A DNA stretch of 63,383 bases, filler included, from Chrysochromulina tobinii (taxonomy: Eukaryota), in NCBI GenBank assembly GCA_001275005.1. It is 8 parts of 8 records of this genome, joined end to end, with 100 filler letters (N's around TTAATTAATTAA, not from the genome) between each part and the next. Parts side by side here need not be neighbours in the genome. Positions count along the whole stretch, not along the records: positions 51,765 to 54,216 come from JWZX01000303.1; positions 54,317 to 61,927 come from JWZX01000304.1; positions 62,028 to 63,383 come from JWZX01000318.1; 5 more parts are not named here. One strand, 5' to 3'. This document shows, one piece after another, positions 51,803 through 62,232 of the stretch. Numbering within the stretch: the first letter of the stretch is position 1; each line of letters starts with the position of its first letter. The notes under the pieces are model-generated. The model had not been told where the DNA came from. It searched no databases and worked only from the letters and a program-made list of their open reading frames with translations. A program made the position numbers and the translations under genes.

Positions 51803-52077
51803 TGTGACCAGAATCCCTGAGATCTTGCTGGACCTCTAGCGAGCCCACTGAGCAGGTATCAGCTGATTACCTGACTCATCTCGCGACACACCCCCGCAGC
51901 AAGACAAACGTAATGGCAAAGGTTGTGGGAAGGAGCACAGGCACGCGCAAGTATCCAGCTGGTCAGCTGAATGAACTGTAAGCGCGCTGCTCAGGGTCAC
52001 GATGGAGCTGTTCTGTGATAGTCGAGCCATTTTGTCCACCCTGTAACTCTTTTATCCACTCGTTGAGCCATTCTCCA
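51803..52077 (-). mobile_element. Possible 3' LTR of an LTR retrotransposon
   Basis: On the - strand, a PPT-like ACGGGGG is immediately followed by TG (52077), a TATA-like GATAAAAG and a terminal CA (~51803). GC is lower than in host genes. No second copy in the window. Confidence 0.3.
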
Positions 52078-52206
52078 CCCCCGTAATCGATTCACCCCCG
52101 TAATCGATTAGGATCCAATCATTATGTGGCGAAACATAGTGAAGGTCAGGTAGAGGACTGGTGATGAAAGATGTCGGTTGACGTCTTTCGCGGAGTACTA
52201 CACGGT

Positions 52207-54081
52207 TCATCCATTTGGATACGTGAGTCTAGTGTCGTGCTCGTCGCTCGCGTACGTTGGAAGTCCAGACTCCCAAAGGTAAGGTGCCCCACCCTCAACT
52301 CGTAGCCGAGACACAAGCGGAGGGAGCAAATCTCGGGTAAATCGAGTGCCTTCTAGCACCATCCCGTAGGCTCGGCCATCCTCATTGATAGAAGGGCGGG
52401 AAACCCAATCTTGCATCCAACACCGGGGTGGTAGCCAGCGTGTCTGATGGGTAATCAGGTTGACAAAGAACACGCAGCCATAGGCGGTTCGCAGGCTGAT
52501 CCACGGGGCTGAACGCACGCAGCCGGTCTCAGTATGGAGCATGAGCACTTTGCTCTCGCAGTCCTCAAAGAGGGGTACCCACGGAGTGCCTCGAAGTGAG
52601 TAGAGACCCAACCCAGGAGGAAAACAGGGCGGCGGCTCAGTGAAGGGAGCGGCTGCACCCGGCAAAAACTGCACGCTCTGGAGATGGATGGCTCCATGCC
52701 GAGTAGACCCAGGCGGAGGGTCCCAACTGACCATCCCACTGCCATCATCATAGTAACAGATGGCACCGGACCGATCGGCACAGAGACGGACAACGCAGCC
52801 ATCCGGTGGCAGCAACGGAGGGGCTGTCGATCCGTCCGCGAGGAGTGCATGTCCGATGCAATCATTGGTGCCTTGTTTGCATGACATTGGGTGAAGCTTC
52901 GAGATGACTCCAAGTTCTGAACGATAAAGGAGCTCTCCGTCCACTGAGCCCACATCAAAGGAGATTATTGGCTGAGGTGACGATGCCCGTATCGCAAGGA
53001 TGCGCTCTCGGCGGGCAGAAGCAGCACGGCGAGCAGCCGCTGTAGGAGATGCAGCTGCACGGCGGCGAAGGCGGTAAGCGGTGTCAAGAGCAGCCCAAAT
53101 GTGGACTGGGACTGCCGCGAACATTCGGCCTGCAGCAGCACGCGCCCTTCCGGCTGCGGCATGGGTAGCTGTCCTCTTGGTCTGTGGAGCTGACAACGGT
53201 ACAAGCCCATTGCGCACAGCGGCTAAGGAAGTAATCGCGGCAGTCAGCTCGCTAGCGAATTGCACCTGAGAAGATCGCGCTCTGTTCCTTGCTACTCTAT
53301 CCGGCGTCGCTGCTAGCTCTGGTGGGGAGCAAGGAGGAGATGGCGGGAGCGAGCCTGTTGGGACGGCGACGAGTGTCGACTGTGATAACTGAAGGGGCCC
53401 TGCCTGTTCCAGTGGGTTTCGCCGGACAGCAGCCTGAGCTGCCTCTAACCCATCTGGCTCATCCGTGCATTTCACTGGTGAGAGTGAGAGTCTGTATGGG
53501 CCACGCGGCAGCAGGCTCTGGTTGACAGCGTCGGCTGCAGGTGCCAGCCAGGTGGGATAGCTGACGGTGTAGCCTGCGGCTTCGATGCCCTCAGCTTCAT
53601 CGACTTGCTCGTACCACCCTTGGCATAGTGCCAGTGCCTCACGGCGTTGAAGAGCATAACCCCTGGATGCTGGATTTGGTGAAGAGTTGCTATCAGCGGT
53701 CCGTAAGGAACGGCGATGCCAGAGGAATGCGAGACGTTCGAAGAGGTAAAGGCTAGACGCGTCTCGTCCCATGACACGCGCCAACTCGGGTGCGCCCCCC
53801 TTCTTTGATAGTGTGCGCGTAGAGACGACTGGCGTCACATCGGTGAGTGCCGTCGCACCCCCTTGCTTAGACGCATAGTTGTCAATGGTGCCTGTCGACT
53901 CATGTTGACTGGTCGACTCGACAACCAATTCCACCCCCTGCGTCGACAGCTGGGGTCGGCGACGGACTGCTCGGCGCCACCGAGATTGTATTGTCCGTGC
54001 CGCTGAGGACTGGGATGTTGAAGGCGGTGAAGGCGGTGACGACGTAGCCGTTGAATGCCTTGCTGCTACTGTCGCCACCAA
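52207..54081 (-). CDS. Intronless ORF with tandem WW-like domains, possibly TE-borne; 5' end uncertain
   Basis: GAICYYDDGSGMVSWDPP, WVPLFED...MLHTETGCVRSAPW and GCVFFVNLITHQTRWLPP; IQ-like AARTIQSRWR. Codon usage atypical of the host genes. Confidence 0.55.
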   Translation of the reverse strand: MVATVAARHSTATSSPPSPPSTSQSSAARTIQSRWRRAVRRRPQLSTQGVELVVESTSQHESTGTIDNYASKQGGATALTDVTPVVSTRTLSKKGGAPELARVMGRDASSLYLFERLAFLWHRRSLRTADSNSSPNPASRGYALQRREALALCQGWYEQVDEAEGIEAAGYTVSYPTWLAPAADAVNQSLLPRGPYRLSLSPVKCTDEPDGLEAAQAAVRRNPLEQAGPLQLSQSTLVAVPTGSLPPSPPCSPPELAATPDRVARNRARSSQVQFASELTAAITSLAAVRNGLVPLSAPQTKRTATHAAAGRARAAAGRMFAAVPVHIWAALDTAYRLRRRAAASPTAAARRAASARRERILAIRASSPQPIISFDVGSVDGELLYRSELGVISKLHPMSCKQGTNDCIGHALLADGSTAPPLLPPDGCVVRLCADRSGAICYYDDGSGMVSWDPPPGSTRHGAIHLQSVQFLPGAAAPFTEPPPCFPPGLGLYSLRGTPWVPLFEDCESKVLMLHTETGCVRSAPWISLRTAYGCVFFVNLITHQTRWLPPRCWMQDWVSRPSINEDGRAYGMVLEGTRFTRDLLPPLVSRLRVEGGAPYLWESGLPTYASDEHDTRLTYPNG

Positions 54082-54216
54082 CGCATCTGCAAAAGCCCGT
54101 CGTTGTTGGTATGCAGCTTCCCACTCAGGGGCTTAGGCAATGGTCCGTTGGCAGTTCCCGCGGTGCTAGCTTCGCTACTAGCCTGCGCGTCAAGTCTGCC
54201 GACACCCTTCGAGCCA

Positions 54217-54316
54217 NNNNNNNNNNNNNNNNNNNNNNNNNNNNNNNNNNNNNNNNNNNNTTAATTAATTAANNNNNNNNNNNNNNNNNNNNNNNNNNNN
54301 NNNNNNNNNNNNNNNN
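54217..54316. other. Artificial contig spacer
   Basis: N44-TTAATTAATTAA-N44. Confidence 0.99.
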
Positions 54317-56053
54317 GGCGCTTCTCCGGACGTGCTGAACGCACAGGGTAAAACAGCGCTCGCGCTGGCGAGGGACAAGAACCACTTAGCAATCGTCGAA
54401 ATTCTCGAGAGGGCGTCGAGCCCCTCTGCAATCCCGCCCAATGCCGTGCCCCCGCCGACGATGGCTGAGGCGAATCTGACGACCTGGAGCGTGGAATACA
54501 ACGGACGATTCGAACCCTTTGATGCCGTGGCATCGGAGCGCCTCGAGTCTGCGTATCAAATGGCGGAGCGGCCCGCGACCGTCTCGGTCACCTTTCAACA
54601 CGAAACCCACAAAGTACACTTGTCCACCATGGAGATGTGTGCGCGGGGAGCACAATACCAGGTGCTGCGGCTCGAAGATGCCGAACCATCCGGCAGGAAG
54701 CGATCTATGCCATCGGATGCAGGCGCGTCCTCCTCAGCGAGGCCGGCCACTTCCAAAGACATGGATTCGATCGACTGGGACCGCCTCGTGATCATGTACG
54801 ACGCCGATGCGAACGGGCTCCTTGACCCAAGTGAGCTCGTCTGCTTCGTGCGTGATGCAATCAGCCTCGTCATCGGCGAGCGCATCGATTATGATCTTGC
54901 GACCGAGGTGACCTTTTCGCAGATCGCGGGGCGCCGCGAGTGCTGGCCGAGGCGTGACGTGCGCGTCGACGCGATCAATGGCGATCAGCTCCGGCTCGCG
55001 GCGGCGCGGGGCGTCTTCAGCGAGCTCCGACTCGCCAGAGCCGCCGCAGGACCGTTGGGGGACTTCAGGTCCTCCGACGCCGACCTTGCGAAGCGATTGC
55101 AAGAGGAAGAGTACGCCGAGTCCATGGCGGCCGACGGCGGCGCATCGGTGGGCAGCAGCCTGCTGGGTGCCTCCAGCGACAAGCTCCCGAGAGTGGTGTC
55201 GGTTATGGTACCGCACCTGCAGCTGCTCTGCTTATCATTTGATCTGAAGCGATGGAAGGGAGCGGGCGAGGGTGCGGAGGGCACGCAAGAAGATGTGGGT
55301 GTGAGAGCGGTAGGCAGACTCAAGGGCGTACTCGTCGCGTCGATGCTCGCGAGGACGCTCAAGCGGAGCGCGCTAGTTGACAAGGCGAACCCTGATTTCG
55401 ATGCTGCCCTCGCCGGCATGGACGCGAGTGCGGATGTGCCACCGACCCCTGCGCGGCAGAGCTCCTCGAGGTCTTCATTGGACTCGCTGCTCGCCGGGAT
55501 CTCCCAAGGGCTGATCGTACGCCGCTCCGTCTCCGCCGCCCTCCGGGAGTCCCAAGCTGCGGACGCAGAACCCGCCGCCGCTGGTGCAGGGTCGTGCGTG
55601 GCGGTGGCGGCCTCGGCCTCGGCACACCTCACGACAATGTCAGACGGCACATCTCATCAGGCCAATCGCTTCAAGATGGACGCTGCCAGTGCTGAGGTCT
55701 CGGCGCGCCTGCCGCTTGGGGAGCTTATGCGGCGTGCTCGGCTCGCGGGCGCTGCACCCGAGGAGATCGAAGATGCGGTGGATAGCGACGAGCCCAAGGT
55801 GGCGCTTCTCGCGCTCATCGAGGCAACTTTGCCGGCCGGGAGCGAGGCGCCTCGCCTCGCCGATGGGAGCCTTGGAGGAGGAGGAGGTGGTGTGAATGAG
55901 GCGCCGGACGACGGCATGCTCGGTGTGAATGACGACGGCATGCTCGGTTGCGGTATCTGCACTGAGCAACGGCCGCGCAAGCACTTTTACGGAGGCCGCA
56001 CCGGGCTGCCGACTGCATGCGGCTGTGAGATGGGCAAGCTGAGAAAAGCTTAA
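54317..56053 (+). CDS. Ankyrin-WWE-EF-hand-UIM protein ending in a truncated RING-like motif; 5' truncated
   Basis: GKTALALARDKNHLAIVEIL (ankyrin); WSVEYNGRFEPFD..SERLESAY..VHLSTM (WWE); DADANGLLDPSE (EF); DADLAKRLQEEE (UIM/MIU); CGIC...CG then stop. Confidence 0.72.
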   Translation, partial: GASPDVLNAQGKTALALARDKNHLAIVEILERASSPSAIPPNAVPPPTMAEANLTTWSVEYNGRFEPFDAVASERLESAYQMAERPATVSVTFQHETHKVHLSTMEMCARGAQYQVLRLEDAEPSGRKRSMPSDAGASSSARPATSKDMDSIDWDRLVIMYDADANGLLDPSELVCFVRDAISLVIGERIDYDLATEVTFSQIAGRRECWPRRDVRVDAINGDQLRLAAARGVFSELRLARAAAGPLGDFRSSDADLAKRLQEEEYAESMAADGGASVGSSLLGASSDKLPRVVSVMVPHLQLLCLSFDLKRWKGAGEGAEGTQEDVGVRAVGRLKGVLVASMLARTLKRSALVDKANPDFDAALAGMDASADVPPTPARQSSSRSSLDSLLAGISQGLIVRRSVSAALRESQAADAEPAAAGAGSCVAVAASASAHLTTMSDGTSHQANRFKMDAASAEVSARLPLGELMRRARLAGAAPEEIEDAVDSDEPKVALLALIEATLPAGSEAPRLADGSLGGGGGGVNEAPDDGMLGVNDDGMLGCGICTEQRPRKHFYGGRTGLPTACGCEMGKLRKA

Positions 56054-56097
56054 ACACGGTTTCGCTGCGGGTTTTTTACCTCGTCTTGTTCACAAGC

Positions 56098-57360
56098 ATG
56101 GGCGCGGGCGAGTCGACTGCTGTCGTGGCGGCGCCCACACTCGACGCCTTACCGCCGGAACTGCAGCGAAATTTATTTCGCTCGGTCGAGATGATGGCTC
56201 GCCGCGATGCCGCGACGCCGGGCCGCTTTTCCCTTGCCGCCTTCCGTGAGGTGCACGCGTCGATGCCTGCAGACCTCTCAGAAGCCCTCTGGCGCGCGCT
56301 GTGCCTCGGGGCGCAGGCGTCCGTGGACGCGACGCTCGATCTAAATGCCATCGTGCGCACAATCGTGCCGCTCAGAGTCGGCGGCAACCGCGTGCTAGCG
56401 GCCCGCAAGCACCTCGAAGCTTGCTTTGAAAATGATGTTGAGCGTGGCGTGAAGGTTGCGTTTGAGGAGGCGGTCCCGTGGCTCGAGGCGATGCAGGAAC
56501 TGCCGCTGCGGCCATCGTCGCGCAGCTTGCCGGCCGCCGAAGCCATCCTTGCCGCCGCCGCGTGCGCCGCGTGGCTGCTCGACCTGCGTGAGCTCGAGCC
56601 ACTGCCCGTGCTAGCGGAGGGCACGTCGCGGCTGCTCACTGAGGAGGATGTTCGCCTCTTGAGCGCCCAGCTGCCCCTCGAGCAGCGGCGGCGCTGGCGA
56701 CTCCTCTTCAGCTCGACACGCGACGGCACCTCCTTCACGCGCTTCATCGCCCTCGGCGCGCGTCGTGCGCCCTGCCTCATCGTCGTGCGCGAGGGAGCCT
56801 TGCCCCCAAGCGTCGCCCCGGGCATGCCTCCACCCCCCAATGCGGTCTGTAGCATCTTCGGCGGCTTCTCGTCGAAGCCGTTGCAGCCCTCGCCCCAGTT
56901 TGGGGGCGACTACGGCTCGTTCCTCTTTAAGCTCGGCGCGGCGCCAGCGGTCTTCCGATCCAGTGGGAAGAACTCCAACTTTGTGTACCTCAACGCGGGC
57001 ATGGACCTCCTTCCGAACGGGCTGGCCTTCGGTGCCAACGGCTCACTCGACGATCACTTCTTTGGGCTGTGGCTCAGGGACGATCTTGAGACGGGGCGGT
57101 CTGACGCGCCGTGCGCCACCTTTGGCGACTCGCCTTGCCTCGCCATGGCCACGGAATTCCGTGTGGAAGAGGTGGAGCTCTGGGCTGTCGCTGAGGACCC
57201 GCCTCCTCCTTCCGACGAAGAGCAAGCTGCGGCCCGGGGCGAGAATGCACTCACGGCTGTGGGCGTCCTCAGCACGAAGCACGAGGAGACGCGCAAGTTC
57301 CTCGAGATTGCGACGGGCAAGGGCCAGGCGTCGGCGGACCTAGGCGTCACCAAAGAGTGA
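56098..57360 (+). CDS. MEAK7: TLDc-domain protein, MEAK7/TLDC1-like
   Basis: Myristoylation-type MGAGES start; WRLLFSSTRDGTSF, IFGGF, SFLFKL, NFVYLN..LPNGLAFG, FGLWL, CATFGDSP, VEEVELWAV. Confidence 0.85.
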   Translation: MGAGESTAVVAAPTLDALPPELQRNLFRSVEMMARRDAATPGRFSLAAFREVHASMPADLSEALWRALCLGAQASVDATLDLNAIVRTIVPLRVGGNRVLAARKHLEACFENDVERGVKVAFEEAVPWLEAMQELPLRPSSRSLPAAEAILAAAACAAWLLDLRELEPLPVLAEGTSRLLTEEDVRLLSAQLPLEQRRRWRLLFSSTRDGTSFTRFIALGARRAPCLIVVREGALPPSVAPGMPPPPNAVCSIFGGFSSKPLQPSPQFGGDYGSFLFKLGAAPAVFRSSGKNSNFVYLNAGMDLLPNGLAFGANGSLDDHFFGLWLRDDLETGRSDAPCATFGDSPCLAMATEFRVEEVELWAVAEDPPPPSDEEQAAARGENALTAVGVLSTKHEETRKFLEIATGKGQASADLGVTKE

Positions 57361-57571
57361 AAACGGCTTTGGTGCTGATAAGCTGATGTATGCGTAGAGG
57401 CAGCTCTACATACACCAGGGGAGAGCAAGCCTTCAACCAAAGACTACCGATAGCAAACCAAGGCTTTGATGATTCTAGTAACGTCAGATTTTTTAAGATC
57501 GCGATCTTCTTCTGAGCTTCTCTTCGAATGCATCGCGCAATTCGTCACACTGAAGCGGATCGCTCGTCACA

Positions 57572-58297
57572 ATGCTTGCAGATGTTGCGCTCGCCGACGA
57601 CGAGCTGAGGCGTGCTCTTGGCTCTGCCAAACAGGAGCATCCGACCAAACAGGAGCTTCCGACCAAGCGCTCGTACGACTCCGGACCAGCTATGCCGTCG
57701 CCCGCTATCTCGTACCGGGGCGACGCCAAACCGGCCTCGTACGACTCCACGATGACCGAATTCGAGGCGGAGCAGGCAGTGCAGGATGCGCTGAACTGCC
57801 CAGTCGAGTTGGCACTCATAAAGGGCGCGCCTCGATGGCAACTGCTGCAGGATCTGCTTGACAGTAGGAGGTCGCGCAGCTCCTATTCGGCAGCAGCCGA
57901 GCGGCTCATCAAGAACCACGCATACGTGTTGCGTGACCTGACCAACCCACATCCCATATCGCAGCTCGAGCTCGTCCGTGTCAGCCAGGCCGCAGCGGAG
58001 CACGCCGACCAAGCGCTACGCGAAGTTGCACGTCGGCTGCTTAAGAAACGAACCGGTGCTGAGACGATCGAGGAGCACCTCGACACCTCCGACGAGCAGG
58101 CCGTTGCCACATGGGCTGCGACGGCCAAGTACCTCGACAGCCGCATCCAGTCGCAGCCTCACGAACGTCCAGGTCGTGCTCCCGACATGAATCCGAACGA
58201 GGCGACCGCGATGCGCCAGGCGCTCCAAGAGATTTGGTGGCAAGCTCACCAGACTGCCAGATCATTCAGTACCACTCACGTGCCGAGACGGCGTTAA
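57572..58297 (+). CDS. Hypothetical protein
   Basis: 241-aa ATG ORF with helical composition; no recognisable motif. Confidence 0.45.
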   Translation: MLADVALADDELRRALGSAKQEHPTKQELPTKRSYDSGPAMPSPAISYRGDAKPASYDSTMTEFEAEQAVQDALNCPVELALIKGAPRWQLLQDLLDSRRSRSSYSAAAERLIKNHAYVLRDLTNPHPISQLELVRVSQAAAEHADQALREVARRLLKKRTGAETIEEHLDTSDEQAVATWAATAKYLDSRIQSQPHERPGRAPDMNPNEATAMRQALQEIWWQAHQTARSFSTTHVPRRR

Positions 58298-58593
58298 ACT
58301 CTCGGGCATGCACATCCATCCGCATGGCCAGAAATCCGAGCGTGTCGGTGTGAGCCCGCGTGAATAATCCGATGGATGTGGGATGCCGTGCGTCCTCCCG
58401 CCGCTCGTGTACGTGCATTATTGTGAGCACGAGAAGGCGCGTGGTCGCCGTGCGAGGCGGGAACCGGGACGTCACAGTCTGAGTGACATATGTACCTTTT
58501 GTGGCCTACGTATGGGTCTGGACTCCGTCGTGTGCGTCCAAGGTTTGGTTAGCCTCGCGGGGCTGTTTTCTGTTAGGCTCCCCTTGCAAAGTT

Positions 58594-59187
58594 TCATAGT
58601 ACGTTATGTGAATGCGGGTTTCCGGTGCGGCCCGATAGAAGCGCGTTTAGCGCCCCCTCACGATCTCCGCCATGATCGGCGAGCGCAGTTGCGACCTGCG
58701 AGGCGTCGAAGCCGAGCGAGCTCAATTGCTCAAAGTCTGCAGAGGCGCGCTCACGATTGGTCACAGGGAGAGCCGCAGACGGCACGCCCGCTGCAGCGCA
58801 CGGTGCGGTGGTGCTGCTCGTGCGCCTGCCCTGGCTCCTAGGTCTTCTCACCGGAAACGGGTCCGGTGACGGGCCCGCCTCGTGCGCGGGCGTCGCGCCC
58901 GCGCACGCCGCAACGACGGTGACCCACGCTCGTATGCAGCGGCGGGTGAATTTCTGAAGGAAGATGAGCGATGCTGTGAGCGCGGCGGCACCCAGCAGCA
59001 CTTGCCAGCGCGCCAGGTAATACTCCTCGCCTACCTGGTACCAGGTAGGCGTCGCAAGCACGCGCCCTTGCAGCCACCTAGTGAGCTCAACAACCCCGAA
59101 CGCAATCGCGTTGTTTCTCGTCACAGGGATAGGTGCGTTTGGCGGCGAAGCCCAGCCGGGAGGAGTAGAAGGTTTGGAGGCACCCAT
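58594..59187 (-). CDS. Small membrane protein with a C-terminal UBA domain
   Basis: Hydrophobic WQVLLGAAALTASLIFL; UBA FEQLSSLGFDASQVATALADHGGDREGALNALL. Confidence 0.65.
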   Translation of the reverse strand: MGASKPSTPPGWASPPNAPIPVTRNNAIAFGVVELTRWLQGRVLATPTWYQVGEEYYLARWQVLLGAAALTASLIFLQKFTRRCIRAWVTVVAACAGATPAHEAGPSPDPFPVRRPRSQGRRTSSTTAPCAAAGVPSAALPVTNRERASADFEQLSSLGFDASQVATALADHGGDREGALNALLSGRTGNPHSHNVL

Positions 59188-59300
59188 CGATCAGTCTTCA
59201 CAGTTGACTCGTGGCACAGTCCCGCCTCAAGATTTCATGCGCAAAAATACACAACGCTCATGAAGATACGTGTGACGGCAGTGGATGTGAAGATACGTTG

Positions 59301-60401
59301 TTAGATGAGGTCCGGCGCGTGCTCGCGTGTGCCGACTCCTGACGGCTCGACGGGGAATTGCGTTTGCGCCATCGCTCCGCGATACATGATTGCCACCACT
59401 TCCGCATCATCGGCCATCTCACCTTCACACAAGGGCTCGGCCAGTCCAAGCGTGACCGCTAGAGCGGCTAAGCGAGGCAGGCCCGCTCGCTCGCATTGCT
59501 CAGAGTACACGACGCGCGCGTCTAGCGCCTCAGCATCGGCAAACAGCGACACCATTTCAGGTTGAGATTGGACAGCACCGAGCCCCCCCGTCGGATTGGT
59601 CCTGAGCATGGGTGCGAGCGTGCGCAGAGAAGACGAGGCGCTGCGGTCACTTTCGCCGGCGTCTCGTTTGCGCAGCCTTTCGAGCCATGCCGCTTGCTCG
59701 GCTGCACCCGCATCGATGCTGCTTTCCTCCGGCTCTTCATCTAGCGGGCCAGGCCACAGGTCCTTGTACACCTTGGCAACTTCGGGCAGCCCTTTGAACT
59801 GAGCTGGGATTTGCGTGGCGGGCGGCGCAAGCGTTCTGAACGGCTCACCGACCGATTCGAGCTGTTCGCGATACGCCTCGGCCATCCAAGCAACTGCTGA
59901 GCGCACCTGCTGCGATTCGCTGCCAGGATCAGCACGGTGCTGATCGAATTGTTGTTGGGGTGAGGTGTTCGTCCACTCGATGCCGTCGAGCCATTCCGCA
60001 TCTTGCCGTGCAACTGCTCTATCGTGTGCCCGACAGCATACGAGAACGCACTGCAGTGTGAAGAGCAAGCGCGAGATTCCCCATGCATTTGGTTGCAAAA
60101 TCTTGGCAACGGTCACATCGCCGAGGGACGGGTCATCCGGTGAGATGGTGGGCCACACGCGAATGATGCCGTCGATGAGCTCCGCATCTGTCATCTCAGG
60201 GCTGAAAAGGCAGCCTGCTGCCTCGCAGGTCTCAGCAAGCGCCTCCGAGAAACGGGTGAACAGGTAGCGGAGGATGGGCAGGCAGGCCTGCGGGCCGCCA
60301 GCACGGAGTGCGATCTCGTCGATATCATCATCATACGCGATGATCTGGCAGCGATGGATGAGCAGCGCCGCTGCTTGTTCTACGCCGAGGTGCCAGGCCA
60401 T
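59301..60401 (-). CDS. CEP44-like centrosomal protein (N-terminal CEP44 domain)
   Basis: ALRAGGPQACLPILRYLFTRFSEALA...TDAELIDGI...GISRLLFTLQCV...H parallels CEP44 GLIRGDPAAFLPIISYSFTSYS...NDLRFIDTV. Confidence 0.65.
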   Translation of the reverse strand: MAWHLGVEQAAALLIHRCQIIAYDDDIDEIALRAGGPQACLPILRYLFTRFSEALAETCEAAGCLFSPEMTDAELIDGIIRVWPTISPDDPSLGDVTVAKILQPNAWGISRLLFTLQCVLVCCRAHDRAVARQDAEWLDGIEWTNTSPQQQFDQHRADPGSESQQVRSAVAWMAEAYREQLESVGEPFRTLAPPATQIPAQFKGLPEVAKVYKDLWPGPLDEEPEESSIDAGAAEQAAWLERLRKRDAGESDRSASSSLRTLAPMLRTNPTGGLGAVQSQPEMVSLFADAEALDARVVYSEQCERAGLPRLAALAVTLGLAEPLCEGEMADDAEVVAIMYRGAMAQTQFPVEPSGVGTREHAPDLI

Positions 60402-60723
60402 CTCGTGCGGCGAATGCGCGTAAAGACGAGACCAGTGACGCACGACCGCAAGTTTCCGATTCGATGGGTGCTTGCCTTTTCCGGAGGCATCAAAGAACGC
60501 GCTCCGCGCGTGAAGGCCAGCCCGGCCACATTGAGCTCCTGCGTGAGAACAACGCGTGATACTTTCCCCTGTTTCCGGGTAAGGACATGTACAATGTACA
60601 AAAGGGGCGCAAGGTTTACCGGTACGTCATTAATAATTCGGCCGCTCAGCAGTGTTTGTCAGCAGGTGCGTGGCGCTTTCGGCGTTGGGCCCGCAGCTCG
60701 CTTCTTCCGGCCGGCAACAGGCG

Positions 60724-60887
60724 ATGGATTCGCCCACGCCGCGCTCTCCGGCGCTGTTGGCCGTGCAGGATGACAACTGCAATTGCGAATTCACTCGGCC
60801 CTGCGAGTGCGATGAGGACAGCATGCCCGCGACGCGGCGCTTCTATATGTCGGGGTTTGAGCCACCAGTTCTCGCCGCAGATGATTT

Positions 60888-60920
<33 letters not shown>

Positions 60921-61650
60921 CCAGCACCAGCACCACCAGCACCACCAGCACCACCAGCACCAGCAGCACCACCAGCAGCAGCAACTCGCTTCCTCGGCCA
61001 CGTTGCCACATCCCACGCCTTCAGCAATCGCCTCGACGTCAGTGGGCGATGCAGGCAGAGCACCGTCGACCTCGCCGCCTCTGCCGCAGCCTCTGCCGGC
61101 GCCCTTGCTCCCGATTCCGATACCGAGTGGCGAAGCCTCCGCCACGGGATCCGTGGAGGCACCCGTCGCGCTGCAAGCGCGCAGATCGCAGCAGCAGCAG
61201 AACGACGAGTATGCGTCTGAGCTGCGGCAGCCGCAGCCGCAGCCGCAGCCGCAGCCGCAGCCGCGGCCGCGGCAGCAGCAGCAGCAGGTGGCGAGCGAGG
61301 TGGCCGGTGGCGAGAAGCCGCCGGCGGCACCTGCGCCGATCCCACCTCGAGGATACGAGCGCGTCGACATGCTAGGCCGACGCCGACTCTTCTTCAGTCG
61401 CAAGGAGTCCGCATTACACAACCAATGCCACGACTGCTGGTTGATCGCGCATGGGAAGGTGTATGACGTGACTGCGTTCATGTCGCGCCACCCCGGGGGT
61501 GATAGGGCCATCCTGCGCAAGGCCGGCGCCGACGTGACCGTCGACTACGACTTCCACTCCTCGCGAGCGCAGAAGATGTGGGAAAGATTCATGATCGGGT
61601 ACGACGAGCCGGCACCCGGCCAATCGAGCGGAGACTGCGTGCTGAGTTGA
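60724..61650 (+). CDS. Cytochrome b5 heme-binding domain protein with polyQ/QH/QP tracts
   Basis: HNQCHDCWLIAHGKVYDVTAFMSRHPGG...AGADVTVDYDFHS; CAG/CAC repeats at ~60889-60983. Confidence 0.85.
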
Positions 61651-61927
61651 GAGTGAAGCAGGGCACCTGAGGTTGCGCCCCACACGCGCAGCTTTACCAC
61701 TCGGAGGTTTACTACACGGTCTAGACCTAAGTGACGAAACCCCTGGTAGCCTAATTATATCCACGGATGCGTCCACGACCCATACACCTCTCTTGAGGGT
61801 GCTTGCCCGGACCCATGTCAGACTGTTTACTGCATGTTATAGCTCGGTCAGACGGCCTGGGGAGCGAAAATTGCCCATCGCCAAAATGATCAATTCTGAT
61901 GATGTCTCTATGGATTAAGGGTGCCCT

Positions 61928-62027
61928 NNNNNNNNNNNNNNNNNNNNNNNNNNNNNNNNNNNNNNNNNNNNTTAATTAATTAANNNNNNNNNNNNNNNNN
62001 NNNNNNNNNNNNNNNNNNNNNNNNNNN
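61928..62027. other. Artificial contig spacer
   Basis: N44-TTAATTAATTAA-N44. Confidence 0.99.
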
Positions 62028-62232
62028 AAGAACACCGCGAATCGAATCAACCGATGCATACCCGCAACAGATAATGAATCGCACCACACCTGCTTCAACA
62101 TGTTGCTCTAAAGTTGGGAGCACTCCTCGAGCCGGTTGGACGTTGGGTAAGCAGACCCAGGGCGTCTTGAACGCTCCGGCTTGCTGCAACCGCCATGGAG
62201 CGCCTCCGCGTGCTGTCCACGTGCACATCCCC

